Part shown: positions 13,599 through 25,240 of the stretch, in pieces
Position numbering within the stretch: position 1 is the first letter of the stretch
Layout of the letters: the number at the start of each line of letters is the position of its first letter
Source of the DNA: the human T2T-CHM13v2.0 reference genome, Homo sapiens
Reading direction: 5' to 3' (one strand)
Assembly: GCF_009914755.1 (NCBI RefSeq)
Contig: NC_060925.1
Length of the DNA stretch: 64,000 nucleotides
Notes under the pieces: model-generated
What the model was told of the DNA's origin: nothing
The model's database searches: none
Seen by the model: the letters and a program-made list of their open reading frames with translations, nothing else
Program-made: the position numbers and the translations under genes

Positions 13599-15379
13599 TT
13601 TAAAGGACTAGGTTAGTTTCTGACACTAAGTGACCTCCATTTGCATACTTCGCCATGTTGTGTGTTTTATGGTTGCCTTAAGATGACTATGTTTTTTGGT
13701 AGCATTGCTGTGCCCTTAGCAAAAGGCTCATAGGAGAATTAGTTTAAGCCTGGGAAGGAGGAAGGTGATATTCATCTGTTAATGACTTGCATGAGTACAC
13801 TGATCCCTTCAGTAAACTATGCGGGAAAGGTGAGGAGTTTGGTTTATTTTCAGCCCTGCAGCTGAGAGCCACCTCCCTGATTCCATATTGAAAGTGATTG
13901 ACAATGTATCCCAACAGGGTCCTGTGGCAATGGAAGACTATAGAAAGAAAATAAACAGAGAAATCTTTCCTCTTATAGCCTTTTATGATTCAGTTTCTAC
14001 CTGCTCCTATCTTCTGAGCAGAGTTGCCGATATAGCTAGTAAAGAACTGGTCCTACCCTCTCTAGACTGTTTGCTGTTGTGGTTAAACAACATGCCCTAA
14101 TATATCTATTCCTACTAGAATGAAAGCTGATTAAAAGCATGAAAAGAGTTTTTGTTTGTTCCTTTGTTTTTTTTCACTGCTATATCATCACTCTTTTCCC
14201 TGGTCATTTTAGGTATTCAATAAATGGTTGGCAAATACGTGAAAAAAGGGCATTATTGAACTACTACAAACCTGATTGACTCTAAAACATTCCTAAGTAT
14301 TTCAGAGAGACTAAAGGAGCCAAAATGAGACAATTGTTTGAATGTTATATTTGCCTAAGTCTAGTGCAGAGAAAATTATGGAAGAAATCATCTGTCTCTA
14401 AGCTTTTTACAACATATTTTTACAATGATCCAATTAAAGTTCACTTCTTTGCCAAAATTCAGCTTATCGGTCAGAGCATATAAACTTGTTTTCTTCAGCT
14501 TCTGAGTCTTCAGCCTAGGTGCCTGTCTTTTGAGGATTTAAAATGAGAGGCCATTGTGACTGAGCAGTTGTGTCTTTAAAACGAAATAATTTGGAATTCA
14601 TGTGATTCACCTGGGATTCAAAATTGCACAGAGGTTCAATAAGTAAAATATGCTAGCTGAGATGATTGATTCAGAGATGCCTGGTTACAAACATATTGTA
14701 TCATGGGAAACACACACACATACGCAAGCAGGGTTACCCAGAAGGAGGATGATTGGACATCTTTGAGAACAATGCCTGGTGCAGTGAGCCAGCAGGCAGA
14801 AATACTGGCTTGCATTGGCTTCACCTCCAAAAGCCAGGTCTCCTAGGCACAGGCGATGGCATGACTCCGGGCTTGGATGCTTGAAATAAAGCTATTGTTG
14901 GATGCGGATGCTCATTTGAAAGGGGAATGCCTCACAGGAAAAAGAGCCAATTGCAAGTTGGGGCTGTTGCCATGGTGCTTTGCTATTCCTTCAACTTGCT
15001 ATAGATGAAATAAATCCTGGGAGTACAGGGGTAGGGTAACAGAGGGGAAAGATGAGGAGGGAAATGGGGTGAACCTGGGGCGGGGAATCCCACTGCAGTA
15101 AAGCTCTAGTGTTTCCCCTTGCCTGTGCTTTAACGCTGACAAGGAGAAGGGAGGGGCTGGGAAGAAGGGAGAGAGAAACCTGCAGGGAAGGAATGACTTT
15201 CTCAACATGCCCTGGATTGCTAAAATAAAATAAAAATTAATTTAAATCCTCAGATTTCTAATGTGAGTTAGAAGATGTAACACTAAATCTCAAACAATTC
15301 ACCATTCTTTCAGTAAATGAATGTTCATATTTCCTAACACACTCTGGATCCTAGATGGAAAGGTTAAAAGAGTTTAATA

Positions 15380-16294
15380 CATTTGTCGAATGCAATCTAA
15401 TATGCATATTAATGAGCTGATGGAGGGCAGAAACTTACATGCTGCATAGGAAGTACTTTTCAAATAAAATAAATTAATTCCATTCCCATTCATTTTACTA
15501 TGAAAAGAGGCTAAATGCACTGGCACACGCTTGGTGTGTGCGACAAATAATCCTCCAAAAAGCTAGTTCACAAAAATTCTTGTGTACTGGCAGCCTAGTC
15601 TAAAAACAGCCATGGTCCTAACCTTTTTTAAATGTTTGCTTAAATGTTCAGAAAATCGATTAATCAAATGCATCATCACTTTGATCAATTAGAGCGGCTG
15701 GATTTTTGTGCAGAGGCTGCATCTGCAGAATTCTGGTCTGCAGTGGAGAGAGAGGGTTAAGGAACACCTAGTTGAAATGGGGGAGGGTACTGACTTCAGA
15801 TTTACTTAAATATTCATGGGGCTTCCTCCATTTTAATCTTCTCCTTTTTAAAAGATGGCTGTGTTTCCTAGTCTGGCAACTCCTCAGGAAAGAAGAATTT
15901 CTTCTTCCTTGCAGAGTTCAGCTGAGTAGGACTAATGTAGAAGAGTGGAAACCCCTTCGGCCACCAGGGCTATTCATAATTCATAAGTGCTTCAAACCAG
16001 CCAGCTGAATACATTTGGACAGGCTCTTGCTCCTTCGTGCAATTCCTGATTTCATTACTCTCTTCTGCCAGGAAATAAGCAGGGAGCATAGGCTTCTTGC
16101 AAGAATGGAGTGCGAAGATGGGCTTTGTTTGGCTTAGGAAATGCCATACATTTTGGAGGTTTTTGTCTTTTCTAAGTTTTGATTATTTTATCACTGAATC
16201 TGCAGGGCTTTCCTGATCCTTTCGGGATTGCTCTCTCAGAACTGTGAATTCTTTCAAAGGGATTTGTGGATTGTGGCAAGGAGAGCATTCCAAA
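15380..16294 (+). promoter_or_regulatory. Putative internal promoter and 5' UTR of the super-short isoform
   Basis: Non-repetitive sequence directly upstream of an alternative first exon; POU-like ATGCATATTAATGAG (15402-15416), CUX/ONECUT-like AAATCGAT (15653-15660); no CpG island; TSS cannot be determined from sequence. Confidence 0.5.
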
Positions 16295-16342
16295 ATGCCT
16301 GAGGCAAATTATTTGTTATCTGTATCTTGGGGTTACATCAAG
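16295..16342 (+). CDS. PDE4B: Alternative first coding exon of super-short isoform, MPEANYLLSVSWGYIK
   Basis: ATG at 16295 (aaaATGc), 16 codons, donor AAG|GTGGGT at 16343; phase 0 joins FKRMLNREL; peptide recognised as the PDE4B5/PDE4D6 N-terminus. Confidence 0.93.
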
Positions 16343-16950
16343 GTGGGTTAATTTGATTGTGTTCTGTGTCTTTGATAAAATGTGAAACGTACCTCTGTGT
16401 GTTTTTTTGTGAAGTACAGGACATCTGTAATAATTTGATTTGTGTGTTCATTTAACCCACTGGGACCTCTTATTTTGAAATAAGAGCATGTTATATTACA
16501 TTTTATTTAAGTGTACTATGCTGTGTTTTAATCCTGTTCTTTTTACTGAATTCTGTTTTTTAAAAGATGCTTCTTTTTTTTTCTTTTTCCCTTGAACTTT
16601 TCACATATAATCTCCTCTCACCAAATAGGTTATTAAATTATATTTTAGAGGTAATTTCAGACAAATGTATTTTTAAAAGTAGGTACAGTTTCAAGTGGAA
16701 TTATCTTGACCTCTATTAAAATTCCTTTTCCTATGTTTGCATCTTCAAAAGTAATCAGATGTTAATTCTAAGAAATCTTAAGAAAACCTCTTTTCCAAAA
16801 GTGACGTTGGAATAATTTCAAATTGAAGAGATATATTTTGTAGAAACAGTATTATTTATCTAATGGTATCTGCTCATCCAACCTCTTGATTCCTGGACAG
16901 TAAAGTTGGAAACATTTAAAATGAACATTTGCTCTTTTTAAAGTGGTTAA

Positions 16951-17118
<168 letters not shown>

Positions 17119-19840
17119 TAATTTCTACAACCTATCAAGGACATCCTCATGTGAATTTGGGATGGAGTTGAGTCATAGAAAAATCCATTTAAAATAATAA
17201 CTAAGGCCAGTCTTCAAAAGAAAAAAAAATAAGCAGGAAGATCATGTTTTTGAAAAAAAAGAATTAAAATACCCATCCAAGACAGAGGGTTATTATGGGC
17301 TAATTGTATTTAAACGGCCCTCAGCCCCACCTTGTCTGCCTGCCTACTTCCATCTTTGCTAAGACCTCTGAAGTAATGAGGGAAATCCAATCACCCAAGC
17401 CCTAGAGGCAGCTCCATTAGCTTCTCTGACATGGTAGCCTTTCACTTCCTCCAATAACTGAGCTTTGAGCAAAAGGTTTCCTCTATGATGTTTTGTAGGG
17501 GATATGGTTGAGGAATAATTCTATAGTGATTTGGTCCTTGAGAATAAGCTTTGGAAATAATTTGACTATTGCTTTGCTAAGTTATTTATTAAAGAAAAAT
17601 GGATGGTAAGGGGGAGAATTTTAATATTATCTGAAGGATTTCATCTTCTGCAAGCAGCCTCGTTCTCTTCCCAATCTGATGCTTTATCTATTATTCTCTG
17701 TTGTTACATTACTGGTATTTAACACATGATTTGCTGACCAAAAAGATTGCATGAATGGTCCTCAACTATTGTCATGCGTGTTATTTGATTATTTGGGATT
17801 TTTGAATTCAGTCTTAAAGGCACTTTTGTCTAACGAACCTATTTGGACTATTTTGATTTAAGAAGTCCTACAGAATCTGCAAATCTGTACATCAAAGTAA
17901 ATGGATAGCATTTAGATTCTGATTTTGTTGACTTTATATTGCTACTGAATTACGCTTGCTTATGAAACCTCACTTTCCAGGGAAGCGACCCATTCTCACA
18001 GCTGAACACTGCATCCTCTCTTCTTTTTGGAATAGCCATATGGCATTAAATCAATGAGCATTTTCCTTGATGCCTTACTGAAACAAATACCTTTTCTGGT
18101 TTTATTTCTAAAATCAATCCTATTTCTCTAACACCAAAGCAGTTCTTGCTATCAGCAGATCAATCAGCCCTCTCTTTGAGCAGCCTCATACAGAGCTTAC
18201 TGCATTACTCTGCAGTGGATGGTCACCAGACGTGATTAACAAGTGCCTTTCTAACAGTTTCTAGTATGTGAGTGTCTGCAGCACTTGATTTTCTCCAGCT
18301 GCAGTTGCAACGCCTTTGTCAGAGAACAAAGGAGAAGAATTTTCATCCATCCTAGCTCCCAGAGGTGCCTGGAATCTAACTTTACAGAAAGCATTAAATA
18401 CTGATCCTTTTCTTCTCCTTTTATCCATTTGAAGACAGGGATCTTCTGCTGAGCATTTCAGATATACCCTGCTCTGTGTAATGCCCAACGATTTTTCATT
18501 AGCTGGGAGCTGTTTTAGGGACATTTTACAGGTTAATGACTGTGGGAGAGGAGAATAAAATCAAAACTGCAAGAACCCATTTTTGTCTTCATAAGCATTG
18601 CATTTTAAAATACGAGGGCTTGAAGACTTCTCAGAAGAGACACTCACTACTGGAGTTAAAGTTATATGAAGTCCCTGAGCCCTTAATCATCCAAGACTGG
18701 ACCTAAGCAGTCCTCTTCGTTTGTAGTCTCTTTCAATATCTGCTTATCAAGGACAACGAGAATATCTTAGTCTACTAATTAATCTTTTTTATCACCATAG
18801 TCTACCAAGAAAGAAAGCTGATAAGATAATAAAGATGATTCATTCCTCAGAGTAGGAAAAAATAAAAAGAAAAATTTAAAAAGATGCTAAATATGAGCGC
18901 TGAGTCTCAACACTGTCTCAAGATGAGGCAGATGTCAACTTTCTTGCCTATTCTGCTTGCTATTTAGGCATATCTCTTGAGCAAAACCAGTCATTTGTCT
19001 TCTCATTGTTCCAAAAATTAAATTCAAGAACAAATTGTTGAGGAAGGTTATTAGAATCTCAATCCTTATAGACTCTTAGCATTAAGAGGGTGGTGTGTGT
19101 CAGTGGGTGTATGTGTTTGAGGGTGGATGTGGTAAACCCCATCAAACAGACTAGACGGGCAGATTAGAATTTTAAATGTTCTTGAGAAAATATAGGAAGA
19201 AAAAAACCTGTAATATTAACAAAAGATGCATCAGTTGCCTCACTTGTAAAATGGGAACACTGGTATAGATGACATCTCAAATCCCTTCCAACTCTAACTT
19301 ACTATAACTCTGATATGAACTGAGTTTATCAGTTTTGCTAAGACATACCTGGCCATCTAGATTCTCTGTGGTGAACCCTAGGCTTGTAATCTGACAATCT
19401 CAAAAAACAAATAAACGAAGTTTGTTTCCAGACTGCCAGTGAAGGGCATGGAACTCTTAGTCTTATCCTGTGAGCATGATGAATGTTCCTGGAAGACCAT
19501 AAAGCCTTCTTCATAAACTTTCTGATCTGCATGGGACCATAAAACCTTGTAGTCCAATTCCCTCATTTTATAGGAGAGAAAACAGGGGACCCAGAGGGAT
19601 GAGGTAACTTGACCAAGATCGCTTGGCTAATACTTTCCTCAGCCAGAACTAGGACTTGGCTTTCTTGGCATCTAGACCTAAATACCCTGTCAATCCTTTA
19701 ACGAGGAAAGAAGGCTGTTAGGAACGCAGAACATATAGAAGAAAATCACATAAGGACTCTTAACTGATACATATATCATTTTGGAAACAAGTCTTTAGGA
19801 ATCAGGATTGTTGGAGCTAAAAATAAAATGTTTATTAACA

Positions 19841-20140
<300 letters not shown>

Positions 20141-21469
20141 GTATTAACAGTTTCTAATAATATAAAAGGTTCCTGTAAGACCATGGCAACCACCTCAGTG
20201 AGCACAAAATAAGAAGATCTTAGCAATTTACCTTAAACTTGAAGAGCAATATTTCAATAAAAGCCATTAAATGTTAAAAATGTGTCATCCAGGGAGGAGG
20301 GAAATCCCTTAATCCAGAGATAGGTGAAACTTGTGTCATTCCTATCTTTTAAAAAAAAGTGGTGCAGGAGGACAGGGAGAAAGGCAGGCAGTAGACTATA
20401 TTTACCAGTCCAGGCACTCATTGATGCTGTCACATAATGGGCTCCAGGTTGCTGGTGCAAGGGGAAATAGAAGTGTCTAATTTCAAGGGAAACAAAGCAG
20501 GACCTAGGGAGAAGGAGAATAAATAATGCAAGATTTTTACATGTTATATTACAATTTAGTTAATATTTTCATGAACAGAGAAAAGTTATCCTTTTAAATC
20601 CTCTACTTACCCTCTCAAAACCTACAACTTAGAATTTTCAAGATGCAAGGAAAAGAGCTTAGGAATTTTGCATAATTGAAAAGTGTGATCTAGCAAGACA
20701 TGAGCCTCAAATTATGCCATTAACAGAATTTGGATGAGACTACTTTTTTATCCGCTTTTTGTTTGTTTTATACAGGCCAACTGTTTGCTCACTGTATTCT
20801 GACTATTCCATAAATGTAAATTCACTCAGTGTTTATTGTGATTTTTTTGAGTCTGAGTTTCTGATTATTTCCACACTGTGCTGGCTAAGCATTTAATAGA
20901 GGAAATTCAGAATAGGGAAACCTATTAGTTGTTCCAATGCCTGCATAGGGAAACACCCATTAATGTCAAATTGGCACTATTTGTGAATAATGGTCTTCTT
21001 CATTATTGCAGTGTTCCAGACACAGTAGTGGTTCAGCTCAATTACTCACTGTTGCAGGGAATCTTTAATTAAACAAAGGGAAAAGGCTGCTGGTCCTACT
21101 AGAAATGGTTATATGTGCAGTGACACAGGAGAATCTAAGAGCCTCTTTAACCGGAGGTGAAGAATGGTGGTAAAAAGGCAGGCCCTATGGTAGCCTTTCA
21201 TTTTAGCAAAAAGTAGTAGTTATTAGGAGTAAAGTGACAGGGAGAAAAGTAATTTCAAACTAATATAATATATAGGTTTTATGCCAGAGATTGTGTGGCA
21301 GGAAAAAGATTTTTGACAGGAACCTCAAGGCCTGGGTTCTATGCTACTAAATCACTGTGTCTGGAGCAAAGTAATTGCAAAATAAATATCTGTTAAATAA
21401 ATTGCCCTCTGAGCTTGGGCAAGTTGCTGACTTCATCTGAAAAATGAGAGTGTGGGATTGTTATTGGTT

Positions 21470-21620
21470 CTTAAACCTGGCTCTGATTATCCAAGTCACT
21501 TGGGAATCTTTTAAAAAAAATACTGATTCAGTAGGATTGGGTGGGGCTTATTCAGAAAAATCTGTATTTTTCTGAAGTTTCCTGGGTGCTTCTGATGCTG
21601 GACTAGGTTGGAAACCCCTA
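21470..21620. mobile_element. MER5-type hAT MITE
   Basis: ggttcttaaacctggctctg...ggtgcttctgatgctg...ggttggaaaccc; approximate bounds. Confidence 0.55.
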
Positions 21621-23062
21621 AACTAATTGAGATGACCACTAAAATTCCTTCCTAAGCAAAAGTCATAGGCTTGTGAGTGTAGGAGCTTGTGGACACCTAG
21701 AGACAATATTGATATGTTAGGGATGGATAATTCCCTTGCTTCAGTCCCACAGAGAGCAGGTGAGGTATACCACGAAGCCAGTACTGTCTCACTGTGCTTG
21801 CTTTGCTCTGATGAAGTGTCCACAGGGGCCTATGAGCAGCCAGAGGTCTCTGGGGAAAACATGTGACTGTGCCATTATCTGCAAGAGTCAAAACAAATCG
21901 TCTAGATCCCAGAATGCCATCTGGGAGCATGTCATTTTCAAATGGCAAAGTTGTCTTCCTACTAATTTTCACTGTAACCAGCGGAGGTAAATGTAGGTAC
22001 TTTTGAAAGCTGCATTAACTCTTTCAGCCACAGGGTGTCATTTAGTTCAATAAAGTAGTTTTTATGCAATTTAATAATTGCCTCTGTGCACCCACCAGCA
22101 TCCCTGTGGCCTGAAAGAGTTAATGCATTTTTTTCAGAAGTACTGAAGATACATCTCCCTGTGAAGTGAAATGGAATATTTGATGGCTGATATTTTTAAT
22201 AGCACAATGTAAAGGAAAGAGCTTCTATAAGCAGGTAGGCACTTTTTTTTTCACTAATCCTAGCTCTGCTGTTACCTTGTTGTAACATAATTTTAAAAAA
22301 TATTATGAAGTATCATAAATATTTAATAACCTTAAACATGTTAATAAGTGTAATGCTTATTACAAACAAGAGGCCTTATTGTTATTATTTATTGGTAGAA
22401 TTAATAGACTCCAGGCATGAAATAAAACCAAAATTATAGTCTTCCTCTAAACCTCAAATGGTAATAAACCAAGCCCTTAAAGTAATTGTTTGAGGATTAT
22501 GAACCATTTATATTTCTAACATATATACTGCTTATTTAAACTGAGCCCTTGCTAAAGCCATATGGATTTTTAAATTTTTTTTAAGTAAAAATAAGATGAG
22601 CAGATCATGAAGCCTGTTTTTATTAATCTGATGGACATTTTATTATACAAAAATATGTTAATCCCTTTATTTAAAAATCTACATATAAGTATTAGTGCCC
22701 CACATTGCAAATGTATAAGTGTGTACTCCTTATACACTCCTTATATACCCCTAAATTACACTGAAAACAGAAGATTTGGTCTTGGGTCCTATTTTTGCTG
22801 CTTTCTGGACAAGTTACTTCGTTCCTCTGGGCCTTAATTTGCCTAGCAATAACATGGAACAACAAATCTTATTTTTCTCAACAAATTTTATATTTTCCCC
22901 ACTTACTTTATAGAACTGCCCTAGAGATACAGTGAAATAGTGCTACAAGATTTTATTTTATAAGATTCTAAAGCTGTTATAGATGGTTAGAGTTGTTTTG
23001 AATATTGCAGTGGATTCTCATAGACACATGTGCTGAAAAACATATTCCTTTGTCTGTTGCAG

Positions 23063-23241
23063 ACAAGCAGAATGATGTGGAGATCCCATCTCCTACCCAG
23101 AAAGACAGGGAGAAAAAGAAAAAGCAGCAGCTCATGACCCAGATAAGTGGAGTGAAGAAATTAATGCATAGTTCAAGCCTAAACAATACAAGCATCTCAC
23201 GCTTTGGAGTCAACACTGAAAATGAAGATCACCTGGCCAAG
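23063..23241 (+). CDS. PDE4B: Coding exon, LR2 and start of catalytic domain ([14 protein letters not shown]...EDHLAK)
   Basis: Acceptor tgtctgttgcAG, donor AAG|GTGTGT, 179 nt, phase matches neighbours. Confidence 0.98.
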
Positions 23242-24615
23242 GTGTGTATAAGCTCAGGTTTTGTGCATGTAGCTCTCTGCTTTACAGCAGACGGATGACC
23301 GTATACCTTTTAGAAAATAGTATGGATTGCTTTTGCATTATTATTACATTTTGTGTTAGGGAAGCTCATATGAAATGACTTTACTGTGAGCAGTAAGGCC
23401 TTCTGAAAGCTGTCATTTGAGGAAGGTTGATTGAACATGAGACCAAGTCTTGGGGGATAGCCTGGATCTCTTATGCTGGGTAGCCATTAAGAATGCCATT
23501 GTTGGGGCATCTGATGGAAGATCCTTTTTCCATACCAAAGAACCACTTTTTTTTGTTTTGTCCTGAGTTAGGTTTTTATGGACAGTTCATTATGAATGAA
23601 GAATCCTTCTGAAGAGACATGGGGAAAATCCAAGGAAAGGTCAATAGGCAGGTCTGAATTATCCCAGAGGACATTTCAGGGACTGTATGCCAAGGACCAA
23701 TGGGAAAATCTGCACTAATCTGTAGTGCTGGAAAAGAAATAAAGAGAAACTGACAGCACTGACTCTGGAGCCCAAACTCCAGTAGTGGAGGGAGGCATAG
23801 AAAGAATTCATACATCCTTTAGGAGGCCACACAAAGTGACTGCTGAGGTCCTCTCAGCCTTGTGAGAATATGAAATGAGCTTACTGTGAGCAGTAAGACC
23901 TTCTGAAAGCTGTCATTAGAGGAAGGTTGATTAAACATTAGGCCAAGTCGTGGTGGAGAGCCTGGATCTCTTACTCTGGATAGTTACTAAGAATGAAATA
24001 AATTGGTCCTTAAATCAGATAACCTTGGAATAATCTCACAACACAGGCCTGAGTGATGTTTCTTCCAGGTCCGTCTGTGGCCCAGGAGCCCTAGGATGTA
24101 ATTCATGACTGGCATTCTTCATGACCTTTTACATTCAATTGGGTTGACTTATGCACATTCTGATAGCTGAGTCTTCCTGATCTGGCCTTCAGTGATGATA
24201 ACCAAAGGGCAGAGGAGTTTTCCCTGAGACTGTTTTCCAGCTGTCACTAATGGGCCAGTAAGCAGCAAGGGGAGAGACAGGGACATTGAACTAGAGTGAT
24301 CTCTATTCACTTGTGGCCACCTTTGAAAGCAACATTGGTTGAAGACTGATGCATGTCCAATATAGGTCAGCAACTAAATTTATAAATAGATACTTTCCCT
24401 TTTCAGAATAAAAAATGTTCAGAAACTTGTAGCTATCATGAAGAGGACACCCGACCTCCTAGGCCATTTAACTTTCAGATTTTCACACAACTAAAGCACT
24501 CTAAGGAGACACTCTAAAGACTTAAACAGCCAATGTCCAAAAAATAAATTAAAAAAATGAGGCATGTTAGCACAACTTTCCTTATTCCTAAATTCCTTTA
24601 AATTTTTAATTATAG

Positions 24616-24714
24616 GAGCTGGAAGACCTGAACAAATGGGGTCTTAACATCTTTAATGTGGCTGGATATTCTCACAATAGACCCCTAACATGCATCATGT
24701 ATGCTATATTCCAG
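24616..24714 (+). CDS. PDE4B: Coding exon [33 protein letters not shown]
   Basis: Acceptor ttatAG, donor CAG|GTGAGT, 99 nt. Confidence 0.98.
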
Positions 24715-24854
24715 GTGAGTGAACAGGAGTGAATACTGGCTTTCCAATTGGATGGCTCTTTATGATTTTTTTTTTCCATCTTACTTTTCTGATTTAACTT
24801 TCCTCGACTTTTGGACATCTACTTATTTATGTTCTAATCCATTTTACAACACAG

Positions 24855-25019
24855 GAAAGAGACCTCCTAAAGACATTCAGAATCTCATCTGACACATTTA
24901 TAACCTACATGATGACTTTAGAAGACCATTACCATTCTGACGTGGCATATCACAACAGCCTGCACGCTGCTGATGTAGCCCAGTCGACCCATGTTCTCCT
25001 TTCTACACCAGCATTAGAC
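24855..25019 (+). CDS. PDE4B: Coding exon with [10 protein letters not shown] metal-binding motif (ERDLLKTF...TPALD)
   Basis: Acceptor acacAG, donor GAC|GTGAGT, 165 nt. Confidence 0.98.
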
Positions 25020-25077
25020 GTGAGTAGTTATGACCTGTTTTGCATTCCTGCCCATCCTCCTTCAAAAATGCCATATC

Positions 25078-25240
25078 AGCTGGATGTAGTAGCATGTGCC
25101 TGTAGTCCTAGCTACTCGGGAGGCTGAGTTGGGAGGATTGCTTGAGCCCAGGGGTTCAAGGTTACAGTGAGCTATGATTGCTCCCCTGGACTCCCGCTTG
25201 GGCAACCCTGTCTCTAAAAAAATAAAAATAAAAAAAATTT
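25078..25240 (+). mobile_element. Alu monomer (FRAM/AluJ right arm)
   Basis: tgcctgtagtcctagctactcgggaggctgag...cttgagccca...A-rich tail; begins 58 nt after a splice donor. Confidence 0.8.

Noticed and set aside
22011-22127. The hairpin as a canonical pre-miRNA
   Set aside because: The 66-nt largely unpaired spacer is too large for a typical Drosha/Dicer loop; kept only as a MITE or structure candidate.
23368-23995. The 128-bp repeat pair as tandem snoRNAs or a CRISPR-like array
   Set aside because: No C/D boxes or terminal ACA at the expected positions; only two long copies; human intronic context with no cas genes.
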